A DNA stretch of 64,000 nucleotides from the NCBI RefSeq assembly GCF_963506605.1, contig NC_083291.1, forward strand, positions 36,332,001 to 36,396,000, in the 5' to 3' direction. The notes below the pieces were generated by a model that was not told the origin of the DNA, ran no database searches, and saw only the letters and a program-made list of their open reading frames with translations. Both the position numbers and the translations under genes were made by a program. The stretch comes from Zootoca vivipara. Its lineage: Eukaryota. Shown here one piece after another: positions 49,391-61,342 of this stretch (position 1 is its first letter; every line of letters begins with the position of its first letter).

Positions 49391-49778
49391 CTGCAGGAAC
49401 ACAGAGAGGAGGGTTACAGGTTTGTACAGAATGTGACAATGGCCTAGTTTTAAATGCAACCTCAGTCCACACATCCACTGGCTTCTAGATTTCTCGCTCA
49501 ACTGTAGTTTCTTCATACCCTTTGAAAAAGTAAGAATTGTACAACACTTCAATTAACGTGGCATACAGATCATAAATCAAATAACACACTGAAATCAGCT
49601 TCTCTACACAAATCTCCCCGTCTTTCATACGCTTCCCATACCAGATGCTGACAGCAGTTCTAAGACACCTGCATCCAAATGGTATTTTGCTTTGTTTATT
49701 CTGCCTGACCCTATTCAGACGACTGGCAGACCCACCCACCCCTGTCCACTGCTCCCCAATACACATAAAGGCTCTCAC

Positions 49779-50043
49779 CTTCAGGCTGCAGGAAAATACG
49801 TCCTACTTCACCATGCACACTAAGCAAGTTACGAACGTGTCGTGGCCGGAAGCGAGGAGGGATGTGACCAAGGTAAATTATGCCTGGCACAACTTTTTTG
49901 CCGCCATCTTCAGTGGAGAGATCCAACTGAGCCTCACTTCCTTCTTCCTTCTGGTCAGTCACTGCCTCTTCCTCTTCACTGTCCATTACCAAGTCTTCAG
50001 CTCTTGGTGTCTCCTGACACTTCTCTACACCTTGATCAGCCAT
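49779..50043 (-). CDS. ABT1: ABT1 first coding exon
   Basis: ATG 50043-50041, in-frame upstream TAG, donor G|GTGAGA; phase 1. Confidence 0.92.
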
Positions 50044-50063
50044 CCAAGCGTTGCTCTAACCGC

Positions 50064-50096
50064 TATTATTATTACTATTATTACTATTATTATTAT
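50064..50096. repeat. (ATT/ACT)n microsatellite in ABT1 5'UTR
   Basis: Direct reading. Confidence 0.9.
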
Positions 50097-50410
50097 TTTA
50101 CTGGGTGGCGTCGGGGAAAGAAGGGAAGGTTGCGCTGGAAAGTTGCTTTCTTCCTGCAAGGATAAAAGACATTTCAAAAAATAACAACACTCAGGAATCT
50201 GCAAGGGAGAGAAAGCCTCTTGTTAACACCCAGACCCGCACTGCCACCCATGGGGATCCCTCAGTGTCTCAGTCCATAACATTTATTGACACTTGACATT
50301 TATACTGCTCCTTATCCCATAAGCCCCAGGTGGCAGCAGACATCTGCGCCACTCCTGGGCAGGATGATGGGAGTCTGCTTCTTGGGCTCTATACTGTGGC
50401 CTGGCAGACT

Positions 50411-50500
50411 CATAGCTGCCAAGTTTTCCCTTTTCTCGCGAGGAAGCCTATTCAGCATAAGGGAAAATCCCTTTAAAAAAGGGATAACTTGGCAGCTATG
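50411..50500. mobile_element. 90-bp hAT MITE
   Basis: TIRs CATAGCTGCCAAG/CTTGGCAGCTATG; perfect TSD GGCAGACT. Confidence 0.9.
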
Positions 50501-50659
50501 GGCAGACTGAACACAATGCTAACAATACAGCATAAAGCAGTGGTTCTCAAAGGGTGTGGCAGGTACAATCAAGGGCGCTTACACGTGCTGCTGCCCTGCA
50601 TGATGTTGCGCGCACGCCTTCACACGTGTACATGCCAGGCAGGTCTAAGCCTTAAACCT

Positions 50660-50900
50660 CCATGCCCCTCCGCTGCCCTGCCTCGCCCGTGTCCCGTCCC
50701 CCGCCCCTCGCTCCCTTCCGTACCCACGAAGAACTCGCACGCCCGACGCCCTCGTGGAATCTGCGCGGAGCACTTCCGGTGCTCACTTACGGCAGCTGTC
50801 GCAAAAGGAAGGCGGTCAAAGGCAGTTTAAGCCCCGCCTCCCCACCCCGTAGAGATAGGAAAAGGGAAGAGTGGCACGCATGCGCAGCTACTCCGGCTCC
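50660..50900 (-). promoter_or_regulatory. ABT1 CpG-island promoter
   Basis: CpG-rich; NRF1-like GCGCATGCG at about 50877-50885; GC box; ETS CCGGAAGTG 50771-50779; pyrimidine-rich start candidates. Confidence 0.6.
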
Positions 50901-51561
50901 ATTCAAAAGGAGAAGCCGCCTGTGGTCTGGCAGGACTCAGCCAGAAGATTTTTTAGGCCCGCCTGAAGATGTATTTTTATTGATGTATTTACTTATTTAT
51001 TTTTCCTTTATTTGCACAAAGCAGCTAAACAACCGCTTTAAAAACAAGCACCTCCGAGCGGTGATGCAAGCTGCCGCAATTCCTGCCAAAGCGCAAAAGC
51101 AGCAGGAGTCCGATTCTCTGATTTGCAGGATCGAGCAATGCAGCCCCTTGATCCGCTATTGACACGAGCAGGGCGCAGCTCCCCTGGGCGGACATATGGC
51201 AAACGGAGGGAAAGGCATGATTTTTGCAGAATTGCTCTGATATACAGTATTTTAATGCCTCCCCCTCCGCGCTCATTTCCAGCTTCCCTCTTCTATTATT
51301 GTATCCCTTCTGCGAAGCCCACGACACCTCCCGGTCACCTACATTGTTCCCATCCGCTGTCCACCAAAATGCGGTTCCCCATTTCTCTCCTGTTGCGTTT
51401 TATTCTTTTCCTAAACTATGTGCAAAATTAATAGTTGGGTTTTTTAAATAAAAAAATTAAATTAAATAAAAAAGGCCGGCTTTGAGGTTGCAAGGTACGG
51501 GTGAGGGCCAGGAGGGCCAGCTTGGCTCCGTGACTGTGGGTACCCAGGGCCATGGGTGCCA

Positions 51562-52241
51562 CAGTGCCGGATTTACGTATAAACTAAACAAGTTATAGCT
51601 TAGGGAGCCACTCCCTTGGGGGGGGCCAAAAAAAATTTAAAGGGAAAAAAAACACTGGATGCACATTTCCAAAATATAAGTTCAACAATTACTTTCATAA
51701 AATACATATTTTGTTATGTGCAAATGGCTTTAGATACCTATTAGGTCCATCAATTACCATATAGGTAAAGGTAAATGGGCCCCTGACCATCAGGTCCAGT
51801 CGTGTCCGACTCTGGGGTTGCGGCGCTCATCTCGCTCTATAGGCCAAGAGAGCCGGCGTTTGTCCGCAGACAGCTTCCGGGTCATGTGGCCAGCATGACA
51901 AAGCTGCTTCTGGAGAACCAGAGCAGTGCACGGAAACGCCGTTTATCTACTTGCACTTTGATGTGCTTTCGAACTGCTAGGTTGGCAGGAGCTGGGACCG
52001 AACAACAGGAGCTCACCCCGTTGCAGGGATTCCAACCGTCAACCTTCTGATCAGCAAGCTCTAGACTCTGTAGTTTAACCCACAGCGACACCTGGGTCCC
52101 TATAATCAATTACCATATAGCATACTGTATATTCAACACAAAAACAGCAACAATTTGTTGTTGACAAAGGACAGATGGACATATTAAGGGCCCCATTACC
52201 TTCAGTAGCTTAGGGCCTCATCAAACCTAAATCCGGCCTTG
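51562..52241. mobile_element. hAT MITE interrupted by a Sauria SINE
   Basis: TIRs CAGTGCCGGATTTA/TAAATCCGGCCTTG; degenerate TSD around GGTGCCA. Confidence 0.75.
51765..52104 (-). mobile_element. Sauria SINE nested in a hAT MITE
   Basis: 16-bp TSD ATCAATTACCATATAG. Confidence 0.93.
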
Positions 52242-52502
52242 GTGCCATGCAGCGTAAATGGCCCTGGCACTGAAATTTGTGGGTGCCTGGCCCCTTCAAA
52301 GGGAATTTGGCACACACGGCCCCAGGGGGTTGGCACCTATGGTGGGGGCGCTCCAAGCCCTTATCCTATCAATGGCAAAACCTCTTGCACTTTGCTGATG
52401 CACTTGTGGTCCAATCCATGTTCCAGAAGTGCCTGGTAGCACAGTGACAACGCATTCTCCCGATTGGATTTGTTCATAAGTCTATGACTTTTCTGTGTCT
52501 CC

Positions 52503-52743
52503 GCCAGTGTGGTGTAGTGGTTAAGAGCGGCAGACTCGTAATCTGGGGAACCGGGTTCGTGTCTCTGCTCCTCCACATGCAGCTGCTGGGTGACCTTGGG
52601 CTAGTCACACTTCTCTGAAGTCTCTCTGTCCCACTCACCTCACAGAGTGTTTGTTGTGGGGGAGGAAGGGAAAGGAGATTGTTAGCTGCTTTGAGACTCC
52701 TTCGGGTAGTGATAAAGCGGGATATCAAATCCAAAAAACTCTC
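52503..52743 (+). mobile_element. tRNA-derived CORE-type SINE (Squam3/MIR-like)
   Basis: A box TGGTGTAGTGG, B-box-like GGTTCG, CORE-like GGGTGACCTTGGGCTAGTCAC, L2-like tail. Confidence 0.8.
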
Positions 52744-53179
52744 CCTGGGAAGGAAGGCGTGTGTCCTGTTTTGAATACAGAACCTGGACAGAAGGAAGGA
52801 GCTCGCGAGGCCAAGCATGCAAAAAGGGGCCTCGGAAATGATCTTGAAAAGCTGGGTGCAAAAAGGGCCTTGGGAAATATGAAGGGGGGGACAAAGTTAT
52901 GACTTCATGGGGGGCTTAGTTTGGGGGGGGAACGTGGGGGAAGCTAGAAAGAGGAGACGTGATCAGAGGAGCATAAAATTAATCATGGGGTGTGGAGAAA
53001 GTGGATAGTGATAAAAGGAAAGGAAAGGAAAGCCTCTTCAAAAAGAGTCCCAGAACCACTTCTTGATCTTTGGAGGAAGGGTGGTATATAAACTTAATAA
53101 ATAAGTAAGACTCAGGACAGGCAAAATAATTTCACCCTGTGGAACGCAGATGTCAACAAAATGAATACAACCTTTAGAA

Positions 53180-53315
53180 CAGGCATAGGTAAACTCGGCC
53201 CTCCAGATGTTTTGGGACTACAACTCCCATCATCCCTGACCACGAGTCTTGTTAGCTAGGGATGATGGGAGTTGTAGTCCCAAAACATCTGGAGGGCCGA
53301 GTTTGCCTATGCCTG
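53180..53315. mobile_element. hAT MITE (about 136-bp family)
   Basis: TIRs CAGGCATAGG/CCTATGCCTG; TSD CTTTAGAA. Confidence 0.92.
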
Positions 53316-53750
53316 CTTTAGAAGACATCTATCGGCAGCCCCATATAGGGAAGCCTTTTAATGTGTGATGTTCTATTATGTTTTCATATGTGTTAGAAGT
53401 CTCCCAGAGTGGCTGGGGCAACCCAGTCAGATGGGCGGGGTACAAATACATTATTATCATTGTTAATTGTTATTTGAATTGGCTCCAGCAAGAGGCAGGG
53501 ATGGCCACCAACCCAGATAGCTTTAAAAGGGGATTAAAGGCAGGTTTGCAGAGGAGCCAGCTACCAACATGGCTACAAGCCACACCATGGCTGTTCCACC
53601 TCCATGGTCGAGGCAGCACACCTCTAAATACCACTTGCTGGGGAGTGTGCTATTGCTCCCTTGTGGGCTTCCTAGATAAGTCATCCTTGTAAGTGTAGGG
53701 TGTAGTTCTGCCCTGGGTTAAGCTATGCAAACCCCTCGAGTAGCCACTTA

Positions 53751-55458
53751 GGTAAAGGTAAAGGACCCCTGACAGTTAAGTCCAGTCGCAGACGACTCTC
53801 GGGTTGCAGCACTCATCTCACTTTATAGGCTGAGGGAGCCGGCGTTTGTCCGCAGACAGGTTTTCCGGGTCATGTGGCCAGCATGACTAAGCTGCTTCTG
53901 GTGAACAAGAGCAGCACAAAGAAATGTCGTTTACCTTCCCGCCGAAGCGGTACCTATTTATTTACTTGCACTTCGAGCTTTCGAACTGCTAGGTTGGCAG
54001 GAGCTGAGACCGAGCAACGGGAGCTCACCTCGTCACAGGGATTCGAACCGCCAACCTTCTTTTTTTAAAATAATTTTTTATTGATTTTACACATTACAAA
54101 ACAATACATACATAACATATTCTCCACCTTCTTCCCACCCCCCCTCCACGGTCCCTCTCCTGCCACGAGAGAATCCCGTGCAAGTAGGCAGTCAAAGGTG
54201 GTCCATTTTATAGTTGGATTTGTGCCCTCCTCCCTCTCCCCCGCCCCAGTGCCCCCTTCTGCCACCAGAGAGCTCCAGGATAACAAGGCAGAAAGAAGGA
54301 GAGTGTCCACCCAACTATTTATCCATATGCACTTTTTAAATTCATACTAAAAAAGAATAACAAAAGAAGAAGAAAGGAAAAACGACTAAAAAGAAAAACC
54401 CCCCAACCCCCCCTAAAAAAAAGAAAAAGAAGAAAATTTATAATCATTCATTTTCAATAAACATTGTAAGGGCTTCCCCGATCTCCCCCCACTCTGATTT
54501 TCATTTCCATGTCACATTTAACAGTTTTCTTATCATTATTCCCATTCTATTTATCAAAATCACATTCTAAATTTGATATTCTTATTTCCAGATATTATCA
54601 TAATTCCATCTAGTCAATCTTTCTTTTCTTCCCTTGCCTAAATTTTTATCCTCCAAGTACTTCCATTCTTTTTAAACCATTTAATCATTCCAAATTTTAA
54701 TTTACTATATATCTATTTGGTAACACCTGTATACCTGTTCTTCCCCTGGCCCCAGCCAACCAACCACCCCCCCCCAGTCCAGCAAGTTCCATAGTCATCA
54801 GTCCAGTTTTCAATCCTTTTAATCTGTCCTGCTAACAAATTGTCCATTCTTACTTCACCCCACCCCCTTTTTCCAATGTTTTACAGTCCAACCTTTCTTA
54901 TGGCCCCCCTGAATTTTCCCACTTCTTTGCACCACCATTTCCTTGCGTGTCTTCTGTACTCCAAAAAGTTCCATCACTTTGGTCAGTCCGAGAATTTCTT
55001 GTCCTTCCCCCAGTGTAGGAGGAATAAATTCCAATCCTTCTTGTTGAGCGTGCTCCTCATTTCTTTCCTCTATCTCTTCCTGTTGAACTTCATCTTGTTT
55101 TTCGATATCACTGTCATTTGATGCATTGTATCTACTGTCTTCCTCTGCTATTACAATGTTCATGTCCTTTGACTGTAAAGATTGTCTCCATTCTTGCAAT
55201 AATAATTCCTCATGGTAGATTCCGATTCTCAGTTCCCACAAGCATCTCAAAACATCTTGCTGGAACACAGATGGGTATACTTTTGTTGACATTCTCAGGC
55301 CCTTTCAAGGTCACTTGTCTTGGGAGTCAGGCAATGTTTACTCCTTATTTCACCAACCACATTTTACAAAACTGGCTGCCATATTTATCACAGCGAACCG
55401 CCAACCTTCTGACCGGCAAGCCCGAGAGGCTTAGCGGTTTAGACCACAGCGCCACCCG
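53751..55458 (-). mobile_element. Sauria SINE split by a 1.33-kb insertion (parts 53751-54060 and 55394-55458)
   Basis: The SINE sequence resumes exactly after the duplicated 17-mer. Confidence 0.9.
54061..55393 (-). mobile_element. L1/Tx1-type retro-insertion (probably 3'UTR of a 5'-truncated LINE)
   Basis: AATAAA and A tail on the minus strand; 17-bp TSD CGAACCGCCAACCTTCT (54044-54060, 55394-55410); nick site TTCT/GA. Confidence 0.8.
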
Positions 55459-56183
55459 TGTGAGTAGCCACTTGCCGGTACATAGCACTAAAAAAAAGAG
55501 GAAATGTGTCACACCAAAAAAGGGCCACATACAGATTTGTATTTAAAAGAAAAGCATGGTAAATTTTATATGTGCATAGCGGCAAATATAGATATGATCA
55601 CTATCTGTAATAATGAAACACAAGGGTTGGACTTCAGTGTTGCACTACTGCAAATGTTCAATCTGTACAAATGTATCAGCCTGTCAAATGTAACCATCTT
55701 CCCTCTCCCTATATGCTGTTTTGGGGACTCCGCAAGTCAATTTCAGGGGGAAGGCGAGGAAAGTCGCATTGCAAGGAGAAGCTCTTGTGCAGGGCTTCTG
55801 CTGACAGAGTTTCTAGGTGAAATCCTGCCCAAGACGTCTCAGCAGGTGACCTTTATGGCAGCTCAGGTGCTTATAATTGTTGATAGGTAACTTCAGAGCC
55901 TCTCCAACCTTCTTTTCTTAAGATTCTTCATTTTGAAACTGTATTTGGACCAGGCAGACCGCCCTTCAAATGGAGAACTGCCTTCTGTCAAGAAGGCCAG
56001 ACGAATTAACCACAAAGGTCCGAAACATCATGCGAAAATGTCCCCATTCAATAATAATATTGTTACATATCACCCCAGTCTCTGCCGAGTAGTGCGCAAT
56101 ACTTCAAGAATGCCTGGTGTTCACCCGGGGTTTAAGCTTCCTTTGGAAAATTAAGAACCACAGAGGCTGTAGAGTGTCTTTGT

Positions 56184-56436
56184 CATGGGTAGGCAAACTA
56201 AGGCCCGGGGGCCGGATGTGGCCTGGTCGCCTTCTAAATCCAGCCCGCAGACGGTCCGGGAATCAATGTGTTTTTACATGAGTAGAATGTGTCCTTTTAT
56301 TTAAAATACACCTCTGGGTTGTTTGCGGGGCATAGGAATTCGTTCATTCCCCCCCCCCCAAAAAAAATAGTCCGGCCCCCCACCAGGTGTGAGGGACAGT
56401 GGACTGGCCCCTGCTGAAAAAGTTTGTTGACCCCTG
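56184..56436. mobile_element. hAT MITE
   Basis: Ends CATGGGTAGGCAAACT/AGTTTGTTGACCCCTG; TSD GTCTTTGT/GTCTTTAT. Confidence 0.8.
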
Positions 56437-56445
56437 GTCTTTATG

Positions 56446-56798
56446 GTAAAGGTAAAGGGACCCCTGACATTAGGTCCAGTCGTGACCGACTCTGGGGTTG
56501 CGCGCTCATCTCGCATTATTGGCCGAGGGAGCCAGCGTATAGCTTCCAGGTCATGTGGCCAGCATGACAAAGCCGCTTCTGGCAAACCAGAGCAGCACAT
56601 GGAAACGCCGTTTACATTCCCGCTGTAGCGGTTCCTATTTATCTACTTGCATTTTGACGTGCTTTCGAACTGCTAGGTTGGCAGGAGCTGGGACCAAGCA
56701 ACGGGAGCTCACCCCGTCACAGGGATTCGAACTGCTGACCTTCTGATCAGCAAGCCCTAGGCTCAGTGGTTTAACCCACAGCGCCACCTGGGTCCCAT
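56446..56798 (-). mobile_element. Sauria SINE
   Basis: Full length; 12-bp TSD CTGGTCTTTATG. Confidence 0.93.
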
Positions 56799-56959
56799 CT
56801 GGTCTTTATGATATATGGTTTATTTACACAAATGTACTACCTGAGCCTGCTTACAGTGGGGCTCTCAGTCACAGCAGCAGCAGCATAAAAAGCACCAGCT
56901 CATGTCCTACTAAGAGCATCAGTATCCCTTACCTTACACTGCGTGGTGCATCCCAACTA

Positions 56960-57598
56960 AACTCCATCTGGTACGCAGGCTGAGACCCTACCTGCCTGCA
57001 GACTGTCTCGCCAGAGTGGTGCATGCTCCAGTTATCTCCCGCTTGGACTATTGCAATGCGTTCTACGTGGGGCTACCATTGAAGGTGACCCGGAAACTGC
57101 AATTAATCCAGAATGTGGCAGCTAGACTAGTGACTGGGAGTGGCCGCCAGGACCACATAACACCGGTCTTGAAAGATCTACATTGGCTCCCAGTACGTTT
57201 CCGAGCACAATTCAAAGTGTTGGTGCTGACCTTTAAAGCCCTAAATGGCCTCAGTCCAGTATACCTGAAGGAGCGTCTCCACCCCCATCGTTCTGCCCGG
57301 ACACTGAGGTCCAGTGCCGAGGGCCTTCTGGCAGTTCCCTTGTTGCGAGAAGCCAAGTTGCAGGGAACCAGGCAGAGGGCCTTCTCGGTAGTGGCGCCCA
57401 CCCTGTGGAACGCCCTCCCATCAGATGTCAAAGAGAAAAACAGCAACCAGATTTTTAGAAGACCTCTGAAGGCAGAGGCTTTTAATGTTTAATAGATTGT
57501 TTTATTTCATTTTTCTGTTGGAAGCCGCCCAGAGTAGCTGGGGAAACCCAGCCAGATGGGCGGGGTATAAATAATAAATTATTATTATTATATTATTA
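56960..57598 (+). mobile_element. L2 LINE 3' end
   Basis: VISRLDYCNA...LQLIQNVAARLVTG...LHWLPV...RAFSVVAPTLWNALP, then the gccgcccagag...gggcggggtataaataataa (TAT)n tail. Tail-only copies at about 15965-16040, 18800-18850, 28055-28125, 41010-41075 (all minus) and 53395-53460 (plus). Confidence 0.92.
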
Positions 57599-58056
57599 AA
57601 CTCCAAGCCCATTGCTTCTCCCCTGGCATAAATTCTGGTCTCTTTTATAACCCAGGGGAAGGTCCCTCCTTCAATGGGCTAAAGCTCCTTATCTCAAAGG
57701 GGATTAGCTTTTCACACCTATTCATACTTTTCCCTTTCAATGCTTTGAACCTCAAATCCCCCCAGGTGGTCACCTCACAAGGAAACTGGTCTTTTCAATT
57801 AACACTTGTCATTTGGTGAAGATTACTGTCCTAGTACACAACCCAGGAAGTGTGCCTGCTTCAGTAGCTTTTACATGTGATAATTGCAGAGGCTTATCAT
57901 TGGGACCACTTACTACCTCCAATACACACTTGGGTCTGCCCCCCCCTCCTAACATACCAGTTCTAATTAAATCCTAACACTGACTGAACCCAAGCATTTT
58001 GCACCCACAGATCTACAGCAACATATAAAAACCTCTACAGCTCCCAAACAGGTGGG

Positions 58057-58466
58057 CAGGGCCGTCTTAAGCCCATCCAGCGCCCTGGTGCTAGGTCCCT
58101 CCAGCGCCCCCCTCCAGAGCCTCTCCAAGGGCCCAGGAGTGCTTAGCGGACCGCGGCAGCAGCGGGAGGCCACCTCTGAGGACTCCGCGCTGCGCCTCCT
58201 TCTCGTTTCCCCAGCGCTGGGTTCCGCTCAGTCAAGCTTCGCCACCAGCGCTTGGGCGCTGTGCGCGCGCTGGTGGTGAAGCTTGACTGAGCGGAACCCA
58301 GCGCTGGGGAAACGAGAAGGAGGCGCAGCGCGGAGTCCTCGGAGAAGGAGCGCAGTCCTGGCCAGATCGCCGGAACCCTGCGCTCACTTGGCGCCTTTCC
58401 AGCGCCCTCCAGCGCGCGGCGCCGTGGTTCTCCGTGCCACTAGCGTCTATGGCTAGGACGGGCCTG
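58057..58466. mobile_element. GC-rich hAT MITE with long internal inverted repeat
   Basis: TIRs CAGGGCCGTCTTA/TAGGACGGGCCTG; perfect TSD CAGGTGGG. Confidence 0.88.
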
Positions 58467-59655
58467 CAGGTGGGGACAAGCAGATTCCCACCTCAACGTA
58501 AGGGAAAGATGACATCTACACTAACTCAACACCCTCCAGCTTCATAATGGGTTGGTCCACACTTCTGCTTGCCCCATGTTTTGTAGCCACGAGTCCAAAC
58601 AGTTTTGCCCTTCCACTGCTGCATTTCCCCAGAAAACCTGCTCTTTAGCGCTAATCAGAACAAACAGCAATTCACAGAATACCCAGCTGGTGTTAGTTCC
58701 TAATTTAGCACTAAACTCTGGGTTTCCCCAGGGGAAAGCGGCAAGGCAAACCAAGTGTGGATAAGCCCTACGTTTCAGGAATTTTGATCTGCCACTGCAG
58801 CCTTTTATGAGCCCACAAAAGGCTCATCATCAGGACCCCCAGAATAATCTGCTTTGTGTGATCATGAAATAGGATGAGCTGGCACGTAAGATCCAGTGAG
58901 TTAAAAAAGGGTAAGCAATACAAATAATTGAGAAATAAATGGATGCCCAGATGCAAGATCAGAAAGCCTTGGATGCCAAGTGCTTAGAGATCTATGGCAA
59001 CTTTCTTCTTCTTTAATTAAGAAAGTGAGTATGTGGCACATAAAAGAGCATCTTTGAAGCAGCGTCATGCAACTTAACAGAGGTCCTCATTAAATGCAGC
59101 CCTGGTGTGATGCTCTTAGAAAAGGCAAGCCTATAAATAGCACCAGTCAAGTGGTAATGTGGAAACAGTTTCGGGGGTGGGAATTACTCGGGTATCTGAA
59201 GCAGAAATTGGACCAGCACACACAAAAAGATTTTGCAGAAGCTTTGGGCAATTAATTGGCCTTAGGATAATCTCTATGGTATTTCTCTGTGTACAGGGCA
59301 ATTAAATTTGCATTTTAATGAAATCGTACCAGTCAAAATGATAATGCCGTCGAGATCTCCCAGGTTCCTGGTGATAAGCAAAGTGTAGCAAGTGACTCAA
59401 CTGGCATGCAAATGAGTCATGGAGGAGAGTGACAACTGGTTCATTCGCTTCTGAGGTCATAGAAGTGATCCCCTTGGTCCAATACTGGAGACAGTGAAGC
59501 CGGCAACAGGAGAAAGTTTGGGCAGGGTGGGAAAATCCATGGCAAATGGCAATGAATAGGAATGTCAGAGGCAACAGTAAGAAGAATTCATGCAAAGTAC
59601 AATCGCTCCTACTTGCATCTACTGAATACTGTGTTCAGTAGTATCCATAAAGTGT

Positions 59656-60360
59656 TGTTGTTTAGTCGTTTAGTCGTGTCCGACTCTTCGTGACCCCATG
59701 GACCAGAGCACGCCAGGCACTCCTGTCTTGCACTGCCTCCCGCAGTTTGGTCAAACTCATGTTTGTAGCTTCGAGAACACTGTCCAACCATCTCGTCCTC
59801 TGTCGTCCCCTTCCCCTAGTGCCCTGAATCTTTCCCAACATCAGGGTCTTTTCCAAGGATTCTTCTCTTCTCATGAGGTGGCCAAAGTATTGGAGCCTCA
59901 GCTTCACGATCTGTCCTTCCAGTGAGCACTCAGGGCTGATTTCCTTCAGAATGGATAGGTTTGATCTTCTTGCAGTCCATGGGACCATAATTCAAAAGCA
60001 TCAATTCTTCAGCGATCAGCCTTCTTTATGGACCAGCTCTCACTTCCATACATCACTACTGGGGAAACCATAGCTTTAACTATACGGACCTTTGTAGGCA
60101 AGGCGATATCTCTGCTTTTTAATATGCTGTCTAGGTTTGTCATTGCTTTTCTCCCAAGCAGCAGGTGTCTTTTAATTTCGTGACTGCCGTCACCATCTGC
60201 AGTGATCAAGGAGCCCAAGAAAGTAAAATCTCTCACTGCCTCCATTTCTTCCCCTTCTATTTGCCAGGAGGTGATGGGACCAGTGGCCATGATCTTGGTT
60301 TTTTTGATGTTGAGCTTCAGACCATATTTTGCGCTCTCCTCTTTCACCCTCATTAAAAAG
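59656..60360 (-). mobile_element. BovB/RTE LINE 3' fragment
   Basis: GLKLNIKKTKIMA...YFGHLMRREESLEKTLMLGKI...WRALVHGVTKSRTRLND; (CAA)n tail; TSD TAAAGTGT; internal deletion near 59985. Confidence 0.93.
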
Positions 60361-60749
60361 TAAAGTGTAGAATTGTTAAAATTTAGTAAGCCATAATATA
60401 TTATGGAATAATTCCCACAGTCAGGACCTCCTATTCATTTCCCCCTCACTAGGTGGAGCTGGTCCATCAGCTTTCCAACCTCATTGTCTGCGAAACATTT
60501 CTAGATGCTAAAATAGGAGAGAAGTCCCCACTGAGCTGCATATTAAAAGCACCACATACTCCTTCCAGGCTCAGGCCGAGACTCTCCTAGGCAAGGACAA
60601 TTAGCAGGGAACCAAAAAGAATGTAAATGCTCTGCATGCTTTCACTACCCATGAGCAATGATGGTCTCTCTCATGTTGTAAGTGTTTTCTGTGCCTTTAG
60701 AGAGGGCCCAGGCAAGGGCAAGTGAAAGGAGAAACATCACTCAGGCTGA

Positions 60750-61260
60750 AAGTCTCAATCTCAATATACTTTATTCGACCGATAGTCAGAAACAAAAAAC
60801 ATTTCTCAATACAAAGATAAACATATAAAACTGAAGGCATCAGAGGGATACATAAAAATATAAAAATATAAAACTGAAGGCATCGGAGGGATACATAAAT
60901 GGGGTATGACCGCGCTACTAAACCTCCTACAGATAACCCACATCAAGACATTCGATTATACGTTTCCGACACTTGAGCGCCAGGAAGAGGAATTTAGCCA
61001 CTGAGAAGGTTATTTTCCCAGTGGGCTTGTTGAGCAAATATGCTGCCTGCCGTTCTCTTGGTCGGGAACTAAACTGAGATAAATACGGGTCTATAAGATA
61101 TTGCCTTAAATCATTATAAAAGGGACAACTCAGTAGAATGTGTTCTGTCGATTCTACCTCACCCAAGGCACAATGGCACATTCTCTGACCGTATGGGAAA
61201 GTCCAGGAGCTACAAGTTTGTGACGGAGGGAAACTGATGCTTGATTATGTTTGTGCCAGC
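60750..61260 (-). mobile_element. RTE-X-like LINE 3' fragment
   Basis: C-terminal CCHC motif CHCALGEVESTEHILLSCPFY...; AATAAA and (ATTGAG)n-like tail; internal duplication of about 33 bp. Confidence 0.7.
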
Positions 61261-61342
61261 TTCTTTCCCTGCATTTATACGGAAAATCCTGAACTTGCGA
61301 GGTTTGCTGAAGCAGTTTTAGAACAGAGCAGGCAACATTCTG

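Larger units (their letters stand above)
46755..50870 (-). other. ABT1: ABT1 gene span (probable non-coding exon with donor at 50791/50790; exons 50153-49779, 49390-49215, 47757 into 3'UTR)
   Basis: 259-aa product with [70 protein letters not shown], typical of ABT1/Esf2. The 5' and 3' ends are approximate (candidate AATAAA on the minus strand at 46949-46954 and 46755-46760). Confidence 0.9.

Noticed and set aside
49645-50184. 179-aa hydrophobic ORF
   Set aside because: Antisense shadow of an ABT1 exon plus a microsatellite.
52503-52575. tRNA-like sequence with A and B boxes
   Set aside because: No complete cloverleaf; it continues into a CORE SINE body.
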